A stretch of 64,000 nucleotides of DNA from assembly GCA_029549985.1 (NCBI GenBank), contig JAKPIB010000035.1, positions 29,319-93,318 of the forward strand, given 5' to 3'. The notes below the pieces were generated by a model that made no database searches, was not told the DNA's origin, and worked only from the letters and a program-made list of their open reading frames with translations. This DNA comes from Bacillota bacterium. GTDB taxonomy: Bacteria > Bacillota > Clostridia > Caldicoprobacterales > DTU083. The translations under genes and the position numbers were made by a program. Positions within the stretch are counted from its first letter, which is position 1. Each line of letters opens with the position of its first letter. This document shows, in pieces, positions 29,163 to 39,376 of the stretch.

Positions 29163-32100
29163 GTGTTTGGGTTGATATTAAAAAAGCTTGAAATATACGG
29201 ATTCAAATCCTTTGCAGACAAAATATATATGAACTTTGACAAGGGGATAACAGCTATTGTAGGCCCGAACGGCAGCGGAAAAAGCAATATTGCCGATGCG
29301 ATCCGTTGGGTGCTTGGTGAACAAAGCGCCAAATCCCTTCGCGGCAGCAAAATGGAGGATATAATATTTTCCGGCACACAGGTCAGAAAACCGCTGGGTT
29401 TTGCCGAAGTATCCATAACCATAGACAACAGCGACCTGGTCCTCCCTATAGAATATACGGAAGTGACCATATCACGCCGGGTGTTCCGCTCAGGTGAAAG
29501 TGAATACTATATCAACCGAAGCGCCTGCCGGCTTAAGGACATAATCGAGCTTTTGATGGATACCGGAATAGGCAAGGAGGGCTATTCTATCATAGGCCAG
29601 GGCAGGATCGATGAGATCCTGAGCAACCGTTCTGAAGAACGGCGATACATATTTGAGGAAGCAGTAGGTATAGTAAAGTATAAAACCCGACGGGAGGAAG
29701 CCGAAAGAAAGCTAGAAAAAACTTATGAAAACCTCACCCGGGTAGAAGATATAATAGCAGAGCTTGAACTGCAGCTGGAGCCATTACAGGAACAGGCAGC
29801 GATAGCGAAGGTTTACCTTAAGTACAAGGACAGGCTGAAGCTGCTGGAGATAAACCAGTTTTTGCACCAATACAACCGCCATTCGGATAGGATAGGCCTG
29901 CTCAAGACCCAGTCAGAGCAGCTGCATGCTGAGATTTTGAAAAGAAAAGACGAGCTGGAGCTGAAAGAGCAGGAGAAGATCAAAGTATCTGATGAGCTTA
30001 ACCGGCTCAAAGACGAGACTGACAGGCTCAAAAAGCAGCATTTTGATCTTATCAACACCGCAGAACGGTTAAGAGGTGAGCTCAACCTTTATCATGAAAA
30101 GCTGAAACAGCTTGAAAAGGATAACCAGCGCCTGGTAGATGAAATAGCGGGTGATAAGCAAGCTGCAGAAGCAAAGGACAAAGAGTTGGCTGAACTGACT
30201 GCGATATTGGATGGGAAAAAGAAAGAATTGGCCGATAATGAAACCAGGCTCAAACAGCTGGTATCCGATATAACACTGCTGGATACGAAACTGGCAGAAA
30301 AGCAGAAAGCGATCGAAGAATCGAAAGGGAGCATTATCGAGGTATTAAATAAAATATCTGAATGCAGAGAAAAGCTGACGCGGTTTCGTACGATGGAAGA
30401 CCACCTGGTCAACAGGCAACAGCAGATAGTGAGCCTGTACAGGGAAAAAGAGCAGAGCAAGGCTGAACTGATGGACAAGCTTGCTAGTATACATAATAAT
30501 ATTATGTTAACCAGCCAGCGTATATGTGATAAGCAACTCCATAAGCAAAGCCTTGAACAGCTGATTCGTGATACAAAACATACCCTTGCAGCTATGGACT
30601 CGACCATCCAGCAAACTAAACAGCAGCTTGAAGGCCAAAAATCCAGGTATAAGCTTCTGGATGATATGGTAAAGGGTTATGAAGGCTTCAACAAGAGCGT
30701 AAGGGAGATCCTACTGGCTTGCAGCAAAAACCATGAGCTTGCCGGAAGGGTGTGCGGGGCAGTAGCTTCAATAATAAGTGTACCCAGGCAATATGAGACA
30801 GCGATCGAAACCGTGCTTGGCCCGAGCCTTCAGCATATAGTGACTGAAAATGAAGAAGATGCAAAAGCCCTGATAGAATTCCTTAAAGTCAACAATTATG
30901 GCCGCGCAACATTCTTGCCTATATCAACTGTGCGCGGCAGGTACCTGAATGCTGATGAAAGAAGCGTAATCAGCATGAAGGGATGTATCGGGATAGCTTC
31001 AGAGCTTGTAACCTGCGAGAAAAAATACAGTGAGATAATAGGGTACCTGCTTGGCCGTGTGGTCATAGCAGAAGATCTGGATGCAGCCATAAGGATAGCC
31101 AGAAGATTTTCTCACACCTTTAGGATCGTGACCCTGGACGGAGATATAATCAATGCGGGAGGGTCCATGACAGGAGGAAGCAACGGGTCCAAAGGTTCAA
31201 GCATCCTTGGACGAAATCGTGAGCTGATTGAGCTGGCGGATACTATCCAGGCCCTTGAAGCCTTACTTGAGAAACAGCAGGCAGAGCAGGCAGAGCTTTA
31301 TTATTCCCACAAGGCCAATAAAGAAGCCCTGGATATCCTGGAAAACGACCTTAAGCAGGAAACGATGCAGAAGGCCAAGGAAGAGGAGGCCCGTAATACT
31401 AGCTTATCACTGATCGCCCATGCTGACAGGGAAATGGCAGCTCTTGAGGCGGAAAACAACACTATCGCCCAGAACAAAAAAGAAGTCAACGAACTGATCA
31501 AAAATGCAGAATCTGAGCTTAAGGTGCTTGAAAGTAAAAATGCCGATATAAGCGAGGCTGCAAGGCTATCCGAAGATTTCACCAAAATACTTGCCGGCCA
31601 GAAGGAAGAGCTAAACAGAGAAGCATCGGATATACGTGTGAAAATTGCTTCACTAAGCCAGGAGATCCAGTCACTATGCGACCGGATGAAGCGGGCTGAA
31701 GATGAAAGGGCCGGGTATAAGCGGGATATCCTCCTGAAAGAGCAGCAACGCACCTTGAACTCTGATGAGGAGAAGAGGATAAGGCTGGATTCATCCAAAA
31801 CACAGGAAAGCCTCAGGCAGGCTGAAGAGGATGCCATAGGGCTTTCAGCACTGATAAAAAATAATGAAGAAGCTTACAGTGCAAATGAGAAGCAGCTTTC
31901 TGAGCTTGAAAAGGATATTAAGGCATGGAGTCTGTCGATTGAAGAGCTGACCATTAAAAAACATCAGTTTGAAGTACAGACTTCCAGGCTTGAAGCAGAG
32001 CTTGAGAACTTTCAGGCCAACATATGGAACGAGTATGAGATCACTTATAGCAATGCTCTGAAATTCAAGGATGAGAGCCTGACTCTGACTGCAATAAACC

Positions 32101-32738
32101 AGGAGATCCTAAAAATCAAAAACGACATAGCGGCACTTGGTGAAGTCAATGTCAATGCCATTGGTGAATACCAGCGGATCAGCGACAGATATACATTCCT
32201 GACCAGTCAGAGGGAGGATCTTCTGGCAGCGATCGAAGACCTGAAAAAGGTAATTAAAGACATAACTATAACCATGGACAAGAAGTTCAGAGAGGAGTTT
32301 GCCATAATCAACAAGTACTTCGATGAAACCTTCAGGGAGCTCTTCGGAGGTGGCCACGCGGAGCTTGTGCTCGAGGATGAGAATGATGTTCTCTCATGTG
32401 GCATAGATATCATTGCTCAGCCACCGGGGAAAAAGCTGCAAAGCCTGTCCTTGCTTTCAGGCGGTGAAAAAGCCCTGACGGCTATTGCGATCCTTTTTGC
32501 AATATTGAAGCATAAACCTACGCCTTTTTGTGTACTGGATGAGATAGATGCAGCTCTGGATGACACCAACGTCTATCAATTCAGCCGCTTCATTAAGGAG
32601 CTTAAGGGCACACAGTTCATCATTATTACACACCGGAAGGGAACAATGGAAGTAAGTGATATTATGTATGGCATTGCCATGGAGGAAAAGGGTGTGTCCA
32701 GGCTGATATCGGTCAGGTTTGATGAAATGGTGAGCTGA
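29163..32738 (+). CDS. smc: chromosome segregation protein SMC
   Basis: 1191 aa. Walker A GPNGSGKSN, long coiled coils, hinge, signature LSGGEKALTAIA, and Walker B FCVLDEIDAALD. Start is GTG 29163 or TTG 29172. Confidence 0.95.
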   Translation: MFGLILKKLEIYGFKSFADKIYMNFDKGITAIVGPNGSGKSNIADAIRWVLGEQSAKSLRGSKMEDIIFSGTQVRKPLGFAEVSITIDNSDLVLPIEYTEVTISRRVFRSGESEYYINRSACRLKDIIELLMDTGIGKEGYSIIGQGRIDEILSNRSEERRYIFEEAVGIVKYKTRREEAERKLEKTYENLTRVEDIIAELELQLEPLQEQAAIAKVYLKYKDRLKLLEINQFLHQYNRHSDRIGLLKTQSEQLHAEILKRKDELELKEQEKIKVSDELNRLKDETDRLKKQHFDLINTAERLRGELNLYHEKLKQLEKDNQRLVDEIAGDKQAAEAKDKELAELTAILDGKKKELADNETRLKQLVSDITLLDTKLAEKQKAIEESKGSIIEVLNKISECREKLTRFRTMEDHLVNRQQQIVSLYREKEQSKAELMDKLASIHNNIMLTSQRICDKQLHKQSLEQLIRDTKHTLAAMDSTIQQTKQQLEGQKSRYKLLDDMVKGYEGFNKSVREILLACSKNHELAGRVCGAVASIISVPRQYETAIETVLGPSLQHIVTENEEDAKALIEFLKVNNYGRATFLPISTVRGRYLNADERSVISMKGCIGIASELVTCEKKYSEIIGYLLGRVVIAEDLDAAIRIARRFSHTFRIVTLDGDIINAGGSMTGGSNGSKGSSILGRNRELIELADTIQALEALLEKQQAEQAELYYSHKANKEALDILENDLKQETMQKAKEEEARNTSLSLIAHADREMAALEAENNTIAQNKKEVNELIKNAESELKVLESKNADISEAARLSEDFTKILAGQKEELNREASDIRVKIASLSQEIQSLCDRMKRAEDERAGYKRDILLKEQQRTLNSDEEKRIRLDSSKTQESLRQAEEDAIGLSALIKNNEEAYSANEKQLSELEKDIKAWSLSIEELTIKKHQFEVQTSRLEAELENFQANIWNEYEITYSNALKFKDESLTLTAINQEILKIKNDIAALGEVNVNAIGEYQRISDRYTFLTSQREDLLAAIEDLKKVIKDITITMDKKFREEFAIINKYFDETFRELFGGGHAELVLEDENDVLSCGIDIIAQPPGKKLQSLSLLSGGEKALTAIAILFAILKHKPTPFCVLDEIDAALDDTNVYQFSRFIKELKGTQFIIITHRKGTMEVSDIMYGIAMEEKGVSRLISVRFDEMVS

Positions 32739-32756
32739 TATAGACCAAAGGTATTG

Positions 32757-33686
32757 ATGAGGTGGAAAATGGAGAACAAAAAGAGCATATTTGCCAAAAT
32801 GAAGGAAGGCCTGGCCAAAACCAGGAGCAATATCATGAGCAGGGTCGATGAGCTGATAAATTATTACAAGGAAATCGATGATGAATTCTTTGATGACCTG
32901 GAAGAGACCCTTATCATATCGGATATGGGTGTCAGGACCGCAAATGATATAATAGAAAGCTTGAAAAAGCAGGTCAGGGAAGATAAGATCGGAGACGCTG
33001 CCCGCATAAAGAACATGCTCAAGGAAAAAATCGCCCATATTTTAAGCGAAGGCAGCAAAGGGTTTGAGCTGAACAGTCCGGCGGTGATCCTTGTGGTAGG
33101 GGTAAACGGTGTAGGGAAGACCACTACCATTGGAAAGCTGGCAAGTCTGCTTAAGGCTGAAGAGAAAAGGGTCATTGTAGCGGCAGCGGATACATTCCGA
33201 GCTGCTGCGGCCGAACAGCTTGAAATCTGGTGTAACAGGGCCGGCGTGCCGTTGATTCGTCATATGGAGGGGGCAGACCCCGGTGCTGTCGTATTTGATG
33301 CGATACAGGCAGCGAAATCCAGAAAGATGGATGTGCTTATCTGTGATACGGCAGGCAGGCTCCATAATAAGAAGAATCTTATGAATGAGCTCGATAAGAT
33401 AAACCGCATAATTGACAGGGAGATGCCGGAAGCTAGCAAGGAGGTCCTGCTGGTCATCGATGCTACTACAGGGCAGAATGCCATTTCTCAGGCAACAGAG
33501 TTCAATGAAGTCGTAGGCATTACAGGCATCGTCCTGACTAAGCTCGACGGAACGGCCAAGGGCGGTATCGCAGTTGCTATAAAAGCTCAACTTGATCTTC
33601 CAATCTACTTCGTAGGAGTAGGCGAGCAGATGGATGACCTGCAGCCTTTTGATCCCAAATCTTTTTCCGATGCTTTGCTTGAATAA
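32757..33686 (+). CDS. ftsY: signal recognition particle receptor FtsY
   Basis: NG domain with GVNGVGKTTT, DTAGR and TKLDG motifs. Start is ambiguous (32754, 32757 or 32769). Confidence 0.93.
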   Translation: MRWKMENKKSIFAKMKEGLAKTRSNIMSRVDELINYYKEIDDEFFDDLEETLIISDMGVRTANDIIESLKKQVREDKIGDAARIKNMLKEKIAHILSEGSKGFELNSPAVILVVGVNGVGKTTTIGKLASLLKAEEKRVIVAAADTFRAAAAEQLEIWCNRAGVPLIRHMEGADPGAVVFDAIQAAKSRKMDVLICDTAGRLHNKKNLMNELDKINRIIDREMPEASKEVLLVIDATTGQNAISQATEFNEVVGITGIVLTKLDGTAKGGIAVAIKAQLDLPIYFVGVGEQMDDLQPFDPKSFSDALLE

Positions 33687-33692
33687 TTTCTC

Positions 33693-33722
33693 TTGACTAG
33701 GTCATATTGAGTGGTATATAAT
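33693..33722 (+). promoter_or_regulatory. putative sigma-A promoter of ylxM-ffh
   Basis: TTGACT, 18 nt spacer, TATAAT. Confidence 0.5.
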
Positions 33723-33806
33723 CTTTCCGTTAAGTATTTTTACTTGACGGCTTTTTGATCATGAGTTAGGCAGGCCAGACAAATAATTTCACAGGTGATA
33801 TGTTAT

Positions 33807-34169
33807 ATGGATAAGCGCACCGAGATGGCCTTGCTGTTGGACTTGTACGGAGAGCTACTTACGGACAAGCAAAGGCTGGTATTGGATCAGTACTACAACT
33901 ACGATTTGTCACTACAGGAGATCGCAGATAATGTCGGTATCAGCAAACAGGGTGTTTATGACATACTTAAGCGCTCAGAGCATACCCTAAGTGAGACCGA
34001 GGAAAAGCTGAAATTACTTGAAAAGCTCGGCAGGATCCGAGCGGCCCTGGAAAAGACGCGTGACAAGCTGGTGCTGATCCGTGACCGGACAGATAACGAA
34101 GAGGGGGACATGCTGGACACAGCCATTCTGGAAATAGGAGACCTGGTCAATAATTTAATAGGAGGTTGA
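33807..34169 (+). CDS. ylxM: UPF0122 / YlxM putative DNA-binding protein
   Basis: ORF 33795..34169. Sigma-70 region-4-like HTH (LSLQEIADNVGISKQGVYD). Immediately upstream of ffh. Confidence 0.85.
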   Translation: MDKRTEMALLLDLYGELLTDKQRLVLDQYYNYDLSLQEIADNVGISKQGVYDILKRSEHTLSETEEKLKLLEKLGRIRAALEKTRDKLVLIRDRTDNEEGDMLDTAILEIGDLVNNLIGG

Positions 34170-34173
34170 ACCT

Positions 34174-35505
34174 TTGGCCTTTGAAGGTTTGTCTGAAAAG
34201 CTCCAATCCGCGTTTAAAAAGCTTACAGGTAAGGGCAAGCTGAACGAAAAAGACGTAAAAGAGGCTATGCGCGATGTGAGGATAGCCCTGCTTGAAGCTG
34301 ATGTCAACTTTATAGTTGTAAAGGATCTGGTCAAAAGAATAACTGACCGTGCAGTAGGTCATGAGATAATGGAAAGCCTGACTCCCGGACAGCAGGTAAT
34401 AAAGATAGTAAAAGAAGAGCTGACAGCCCTGATGGGTGGCACTCAAAGCAAACTGGTCATCGCCTCTAAACCGCCGACGATCATAATGCTTGCCGGCCTG
34501 CAGGGTGCGGGAAAAACCACCCACGCGGGCAAGCTTGCGCTATATTTGAAAAAGCAGGGCCGCAAGCCCTTGCTTGTAGCATGTGACATATACAGGCCGG
34601 CTGCCAAAAAGCAGCTACAGGTAGTTGGAGAGAAAGTCGATACACATGTCTTTGTGATGGACCAGGCGGATCCTGTTGTTATAGCAAGTAAAGCCCTTGA
34701 TTATGCCAGGGAAAACCTGCATGATGTGGTCATAATAGATACTGCGGGCAGGCTCCATATCAATGAAGAGCTGATGGATGAGCTGAAAGCGATAAAGGCT
34801 GCAGTCAAGCCCCATGAGATCCTGCTTGTAGTAGATGCTATGACCGGACAGGACGCAGTTAATGTAGCCAAGGCTTTCAATGAGCAGCTTGGCATAGACG
34901 GTATGATACTGACAAAGTTCGACGGCGACACCAGGGGTGGAGCAGCGCTGTCGGCAAAAGCTGTAACAGGCAAGCCAATCAAGTTTGCAGGTATCGGCGA
35001 AAAGCTTGATGACCTTGAGGTTTTCCATCCGGACAGGATGGCATCCCGTATACTGGGCATGGGAGATGTTCTCACAATAATAGAGAAAGCGCAGGCCAGC
35101 ATTGACCTGAAAAAAGCCCAGGAGATGGAAAAGAAGCTCCGCACTCAGACCTTTACCCTGGATGACTATCTTGAGCAATTAGAGCAGCTTCAGAAAATGG
35201 GATCCATAAGCGACCTGCTTTCGATGATCCCGGGCATGAGCTCCAAGAAGCTTGGCGGACTTAAGATAGACGAAAAGCAGATCCCGCGTACCCAGGCAAT
35301 TATCAGGTCTATGACCAGACAGGAGCGGCTCGATCCATCCATTATAAATGCCAGCCGGAGGAAGCGTATAGCTGCAGGGAGCGGCACGCGCATACAGGAT
35401 GTGAACCAGCTATTGAAGTCCTATGAAGAGCTAAAGAAGCTCATGAAGCAGATGACCGGCGGAAAAGGAATGAAGCGTGGTAAGTTCAGATTACCCTTTA
35501 TGTGA
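34174..35505 (+). CDS. ffh: signal recognition particle protein Ffh
   Basis: GLQGAGKTT, DTAGR and TKFDGD motifs, plus a Met-rich M domain. TTG start after AGGAGG. Confidence 0.96.
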   Translation: MAFEGLSEKLQSAFKKLTGKGKLNEKDVKEAMRDVRIALLEADVNFIVVKDLVKRITDRAVGHEIMESLTPGQQVIKIVKEELTALMGGTQSKLVIASKPPTIIMLAGLQGAGKTTHAGKLALYLKKQGRKPLLVACDIYRPAAKKQLQVVGEKVDTHVFVMDQADPVVIASKALDYARENLHDVVIIDTAGRLHINEELMDELKAIKAAVKPHEILLVVDAMTGQDAVNVAKAFNEQLGIDGMILTKFDGDTRGGAALSAKAVTGKPIKFAGIGEKLDDLEVFHPDRMASRILGMGDVLTIIEKAQASIDLKKAQEMEKKLRTQTFTLDDYLEQLEQLQKMGSISDLLSMIPGMSSKKLGGLKIDEKQIPRTQAIIRSMTRQERLDPSIINASRRKRIAAGSGTRIQDVNQLLKSYEELKKLMKQMTGGKGMKRGKFRLPFM

Positions 35506-35512
35506 GCCGACC

Positions 35513-35531
35513 AACGGTTTACAACCGTTTT
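35513..35531 (+). terminator. weak hairpin (attenuator or processing site) between ffh and rpsP
   Basis: AACGGTT-tac-AACCGTT followed by TT. The U tract is short. Confidence 0.35.
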
Positions 35532-35565
35532 AGGAATAAATATAACAACAGTGGAGGTGAGAAAC

Positions 35566-35808
35566 ATGGCAGTTAAAATGAGATTGAAAAGGATGGGTGC
35601 AAAAAAATCTCCTTTTTATCGCGTAGTTGTTGCAGACTCGCGCTATCCAAGGGATGGCAGGTTTATAGAGGAAATTGGATATTACAATCCCAATACCAAT
35701 CCTTCCGAGATCAAAATCGATGCCGAAAAGGCAAGGGAATGGTTGAGAAAAGGTGCACAGCCGACTGACACCGTTAGGGCTTTACTCAAGAAAAACGGTG
35801 TTCTATAG
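35566..35808 (+). CDS. rpsP: 30S ribosomal protein S16
   Basis: ORF 35551..35808. ATG 35566 follows GGAGGTG. Sequence [26 protein letters not shown]. Confidence 0.95.
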   Translation: MAVKMRLKRMGAKKSPFYRVVVADSRYPRDGRFIEEIGYYNPNTNPSEIKIDAEKAREWLRKGAQPTDTVRALLKKNGVL

Positions 35809-35819
35809 GAGGATTTTGT

Positions 35820-36047
35820 ATGGTTGAATTGCTTGAGTTTGTTGCAAAATCACTGGTAGATCATCCCGAACAGGTCGATGTACAGAAAATAGAAGACGAA
35901 AATACCATCAGGCTTGAACTGAGGGTTGCACCTGAAGACATGGGAAAAGTCATCGGCAAGCAGGGACGTATCGCAAAGGCTGTAAGGACAGTTGTAAAAG
36001 CGGCTGCAGCTAAAGAGAAGAAAAAAGTCACAGTTGAGATTTTATAA
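35820..36047 (+). CDS. khpA: KH-domain RNA-binding protein (YlqC/KhpA)
   Basis: 75 aa with the GKVIGKQGRIAKAVRTV GxxG KH motif. Lies between rpsP and rimM. Confidence 0.85.
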   Translation: MVELLEFVAKSLVDHPEQVDVQKIEDENTIRLELRVAPEDMGKVIGKQGRIAKAVRTVVKAAAAKEKKKVTVEIL

Positions 36048-36073
36048 GGGTTGGGGCAGCTCAATCCTTTTTC
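36046..36073 (+). terminator. possible attenuator hairpin
   Basis: AAGGGTTG-8 nt-CAATCCTT (one G-U pair) followed by TTTT. Confidence 0.4.
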
Positions 36074-36090
36074 TTTGAGGAGAAGATTAA

Positions 36091-36612
36091 ATGCTGACTC
36101 ATTTTTCGGTAGGCATTGTATTAAAGCCTCATGGCTTAAAGGGTGAGTTGAAGGTCAAGCCCCTTACCGATGAACCTGCCAGGTTTGACAAGCTGGAGAG
36201 GGTATATGTCAAGCAAGCAGACGGCTATAAGGAGTACCACATAAAAAGCACCAGATATGACAAGGGCTTTGTGTACCTTAAGCTGTCCGGTGTGGATTCG
36301 ATTGAGTCTGCGTCAGCCCTGAGGAACCAGTATTTCTGGATACCCCGCAGTGAGGCCATCGCTCTGCCTGAAGACAGCTATTTCATAGGCGACCTGATAG
36401 GCAGCAGCGTCAAAACCATACAGGGGAATACTTTAGGAACCTTGACGGATGTGATACAAACCGGCAGCAATGATGTGTATGTAGTCAAGGGCAATAAAGG
36501 AGAAGTCCTCATACCTGCCCTGAAGTCGGTTGTCAAGAATATAGACATCAGAGCAGGGCTTGTGACAGTAGATCTTACGAATATGGAGGGGCTGCTTGAC
36601 AATGAAGTTTGA
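36091..36612 (+). CDS. rimM: 16S rRNA processing protein RimM
   Basis: 173 aa. N terminus GIVLKPHGLKGELKV and a PRC-barrel C terminus. Confidence 0.92.
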   Translation: MLTHFSVGIVLKPHGLKGELKVKPLTDEPARFDKLERVYVKQADGYKEYHIKSTRYDKGFVYLKLSGVDSIESASALRNQYFWIPRSEAIALPEDSYFIGDLIGSSVKTIQGNTLGTLTDVIQTGSNDVYVVKGNKGEVLIPALKSVVKNIDIRAGLVTVDLTNMEGLLDNEV

Positions 36613-37363
36613 CGTGCTGACCCTTTTCCCTGAGCTGTTCGGACCCTTTATATCGACAAGTATCATTGGAAGAGCTGTTGCCAACAATATAGTAGAGCTC
36701 AACATATATAACATCAGGGATTTTGCAGCCAACAAGCACAAACAAGTCGATGATTACCCTTATGGCGGGGGTGCTGGCATGGTCATGGCACCCCAGCCGT
36801 TATATGATGCACTGGATTTCGTTCTATCGAAATATCAGGAAGAAAAGCCCAGAGTGATATACATGTCGCCTCAGGGCAGACTGCTTGATCAGGCAATGGC
36901 TGCCGAGTTTGCGGGACTTAGCGGTGTAGTCCTGCTGTGTGGCCACTATGAAGGCATAGATCAGCGGGTCATAGACAGATATGTCGATATGGAGCTGTCG
37001 ATAGGCGACTATGTTTTGACAGGCGGAGAACTGCCCGCTATGGTTTTCATTGATTGTGTGACCCGACTCCTGCCAGGGGTTCTGGGAAGCCAGGAATCAA
37101 TAGCAGAAGAGTCCCATACCGGAGGATTGCTGGAATACCCTCAGTACACCCGTCCGCAGGACTATAAGGGAGATAAGGTGCCTGAGGTGCTCATATCAGG
37201 AAACCACAAGGAGATCACAAAGTGGCGCAGAAAGCAGAGCCTGCTCAATACCTTGCAAAAGCGGCCTGATCTGTTGAATAAGGCGGAGTTGAGTGATGAT
37301 GACAGAAAGCTTCTGGAAGCAATAAAGCAGGAGCTTATAAAGAAGCCGGAAGTATATGAATAA
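36602..37363 (+). CDS. trmD: tRNA (guanine37-N1)-methyltransferase
   Basis: ORF 36596..37363 with ATG 36602. MKFDVLTLFPE, GHYEGIDQRV and LTGGELPA motifs. Confidence 0.95.
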   Translation: MKFDVLTLFPELFGPFISTSIIGRAVANNIVELNIYNIRDFAANKHKQVDDYPYGGGAGMVMAPQPLYDALDFVLSKYQEEKPRVIYMSPQGRLLDQAMAAEFAGLSGVVLLCGHYEGIDQRVIDRYVDMELSIGDYVLTGGELPAMVFIDCVTRLLPGVLGSQESIAEESHTGGLLEYPQYTRPQDYKGDKVPEVLISGNHKEITKWRRKQSLLNTLQKRPDLLNKAELSDDDRKLLEAIKQELIKKPEVYE

Positions 37364-37376
37364 TTGAAATGAGCTA

Positions 37377-37405
37377 TTGCACGCATGATTGCCATATGGT
37401 ATAAT
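37377..37405 (+). promoter_or_regulatory. sigma-A promoter of rplS
   Basis: TTGCAC, 17 nt spacer, TATAAT, with TGG immediately upstream of the -10. Confidence 0.65.
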
Positions 37406-37484
37406 CTAGCGAGTGACTAGAACAAGCGGTCCGCTTTCCTGTATATCGGGATATGAACGCTTCATGAGAAGGAGGTTGGAACCG

Positions 37485-37829
37485 GTGGATCTTATCAAAA
37501 CCATTGAACAGGAGCAACTGAGGAAAGACATACCGGAGTTTGAAGTCGGTGACACCGTCAGGGTGTTTGTAAAGGTCGTAGAAGGCAGCCGTGAAAGGCT
37601 CCAGGCATTTGAGGGCATCGTTATAAAGCGCAGCGGTGGCGGCGTAAGTGAGACCTTTACAGTCCGCAGGGTAACCTATGGTGTAGGTGTAGAGAGGACC
37701 TTCCCTTTGCATACTCCGAGGATCAGCCATATTGAGGTTGTACGTAAGGGTAAGGCCAGAAGAGCAAGGCTGTTTTATCTGCGAGATCGAGTCGGAAAAG
37801 CAGCCAAGGTCAAAGAAAAACGAGTATAA
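37485..37829 (+). CDS. rplS: 50S ribosomal protein L19
   Basis: ORF 37413..37829. GTG 37485 follows GAAGGAGG. Sequence (M)[26 protein letters not shown] is a typical L19. Confidence 0.95.
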   Translation: MDLIKTIEQEQLRKDIPEFEVGDTVRVFVKVVEGSRERLQAFEGIVIKRSGGGVSETFTVRRVTYGVGVERTFPLHTPRISHIEVVRKGKARRARLFYLRDRVGKAAKVKEKRV

Positions 37830-37837
37830 GCAAAAGG

Positions 37838-37870
37838 TATGGGACTGGAGACAGTCCCATATTGATTTTG
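37838..37870 (+). terminator. intrinsic terminator after rplS
   Basis: TATGGGACTG-gaga-CAGTCCCATA (10 bp) followed by ttgaTTTT. Confidence 0.55.
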
Positions 37871-37894
37871 TCTCAAATCAGGCAGGTGCTTTAG

Positions 37895-38431
37895 TTGCAG
37901 GACTTTTTAAAATCTGATGCTATCAGGGAGCTTAAAGGCTGGGTCTTTTCACTGATGACAGCGGTTATAGCCGCCCTTCTGATCCGGGCATTCATAATTG
38001 AGACGGTTCTGGTCGAAGGCTCTTCCATGCGTCCCACACTCAACAACAATGAAAGAGTGATCTTGTATAAAACCGGATATCTGCTTGGCACACCCAGGCG
38101 AGGTGACATCATAGTGTTCAGGACACCGAAGGACCAGAGGGTAAACTATGTTAAGCGGGTTATCGGCCTTCCGGGCGAAACGGTGCGTATTACAGACGGC
38201 ACAGTATATGTGAACGGCGTCCCGCTGACCGAAAACTATATCCTTGCACCTCCCATGCAGGATTATGATGAGCTTAAGATCCCTGAAGGCATGTATTTTG
38301 TGCTGGGCGATAACCGCAATAACAGCAAGGATTCCAGAGACGGCGAGGTAGGCCTTATACCTGGGAAAAACATTAAGGGCAAAGCTATTTTCAGGATATG
38401 GCCTATAAATAAGATATCAATAATCAGGTAG
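37895..38431 (+). CDS. lepB: signal peptidase I
   Basis: Catalytic Ser box GSSMRPTL, Lys box YVKRVIGLPGE, and GDNRNNSKDSR. Confidence 0.9.
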   Translation: MQDFLKSDAIRELKGWVFSLMTAVIAALLIRAFIIETVLVEGSSMRPTLNNNERVILYKTGYLLGTPRRGDIIVFRTPKDQRVNYVKRVIGLPGETVRITDGTVYVNGVPLTENYILAPPMQDYDELKIPEGMYFVLGDNRNNSKDSRDGEVGLIPGKNIKGKAIFRIWPINKISIIR

Positions 38432-38460
38432 GCAACCTACATCACAGGGAGGTGGCGGCA

Positions 38461-39315
38461 ATGAATATAAACTGGTATCCCGGGCATATGGCCAAGGCAA
38501 AGCAGATGATGCAGGAAAGCCTGAAACTTGTTGATATGGTGATAGAACTCTTGGATGCCAGAGCGCCTTCCAGCAGCTCAAATCCGGATTTCAACGCCCT
38601 GTATGCGGGCAAGGTCCGTTATGTAGTGTTAAATAAGAGCGACTATGCAGATAAAACCAAAACAGAAACATGGCTGAATCACTTCGAAAAGCAAAACATA
38701 AAAGCTATCGCTGCTAATGCCTTGAACAACACGGACATTAAGAGGGTCAGAGACCTTCTCTTTGATCTTGCCAAAGCAAAGCAGCTGGAAATCAAACAGC
38801 GCAAGGGTATCAACAAGACTATCCGTGCTATGGTGGTAGGTATCCCGAATGTTGGCAAGTCCACCTTTATAAACAGCATCGCAGGTGCTGCCAAGGCTAA
38901 AACCGGAGACAAGCCAGGGGTCACCAAGGCCAGGCAGTGGGTCAGGATAACCCCGTACTTTGAGCTTCTGGATACTCCCGGTATGCTGTGGCCGAGACTT
39001 GACAATGCCAGGACCGGCCTGCACCTCGCCTATATAGGTTCAATCAAGGAAGAAATAATCGATATTGAAGAAGTTGCAGCGCATTTCCTGGAAGATATGA
39101 CTTGTTTGTATCCCCGGCACTTATCGGAGCGATACAAGCTTGAGGACTTGAATCAGGACGGCCATAAGCTCCTGGAAGCGATAGCTGCTAAAAGGGGTAT
39201 GCTCAAGCCGGGCATGGTCCCTGACACCGAGAGATGCGCGAGAGTCATATTAAATGAATACCAGGCCGGTCTTTTGGGTGCTACGACCCTGGAACTGCCG
39301 GATAATGATCTATGA
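38461..39315 (+). CDS. rbgA: ribosome biogenesis GTPase A (YlqF)
   Basis: ORF 38452..39315 with ATG 38461 after GGGAGGTG. Permuted GTPase motifs NKSD, then GIPNVGKST and DTPG. Confidence 0.9.
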   Translation: MNINWYPGHMAKAKQMMQESLKLVDMVIELLDARAPSSSSNPDFNALYAGKVRYVVLNKSDYADKTKTETWLNHFEKQNIKAIAANALNNTDIKRVRDLLFDLAKAKQLEIKQRKGINKTIRAMVVGIPNVGKSTFINSIAGAAKAKTGDKPGVTKARQWVRITPYFELLDTPGMLWPRLDNARTGLHLAYIGSIKEEIIDIEEVAAHFLEDMTCLYPRHLSERYKLEDLNQDGHKLLEAIAAKRGMLKPGMVPDTERCARVILNEYQAGLLGATTLELPDNDL

Positions 39316-39376
39316 TCCTCCCTTCTTTTTAACACTGAGAGGATATTCGACAAAGGCATCGAATATTTAAAGTTAA

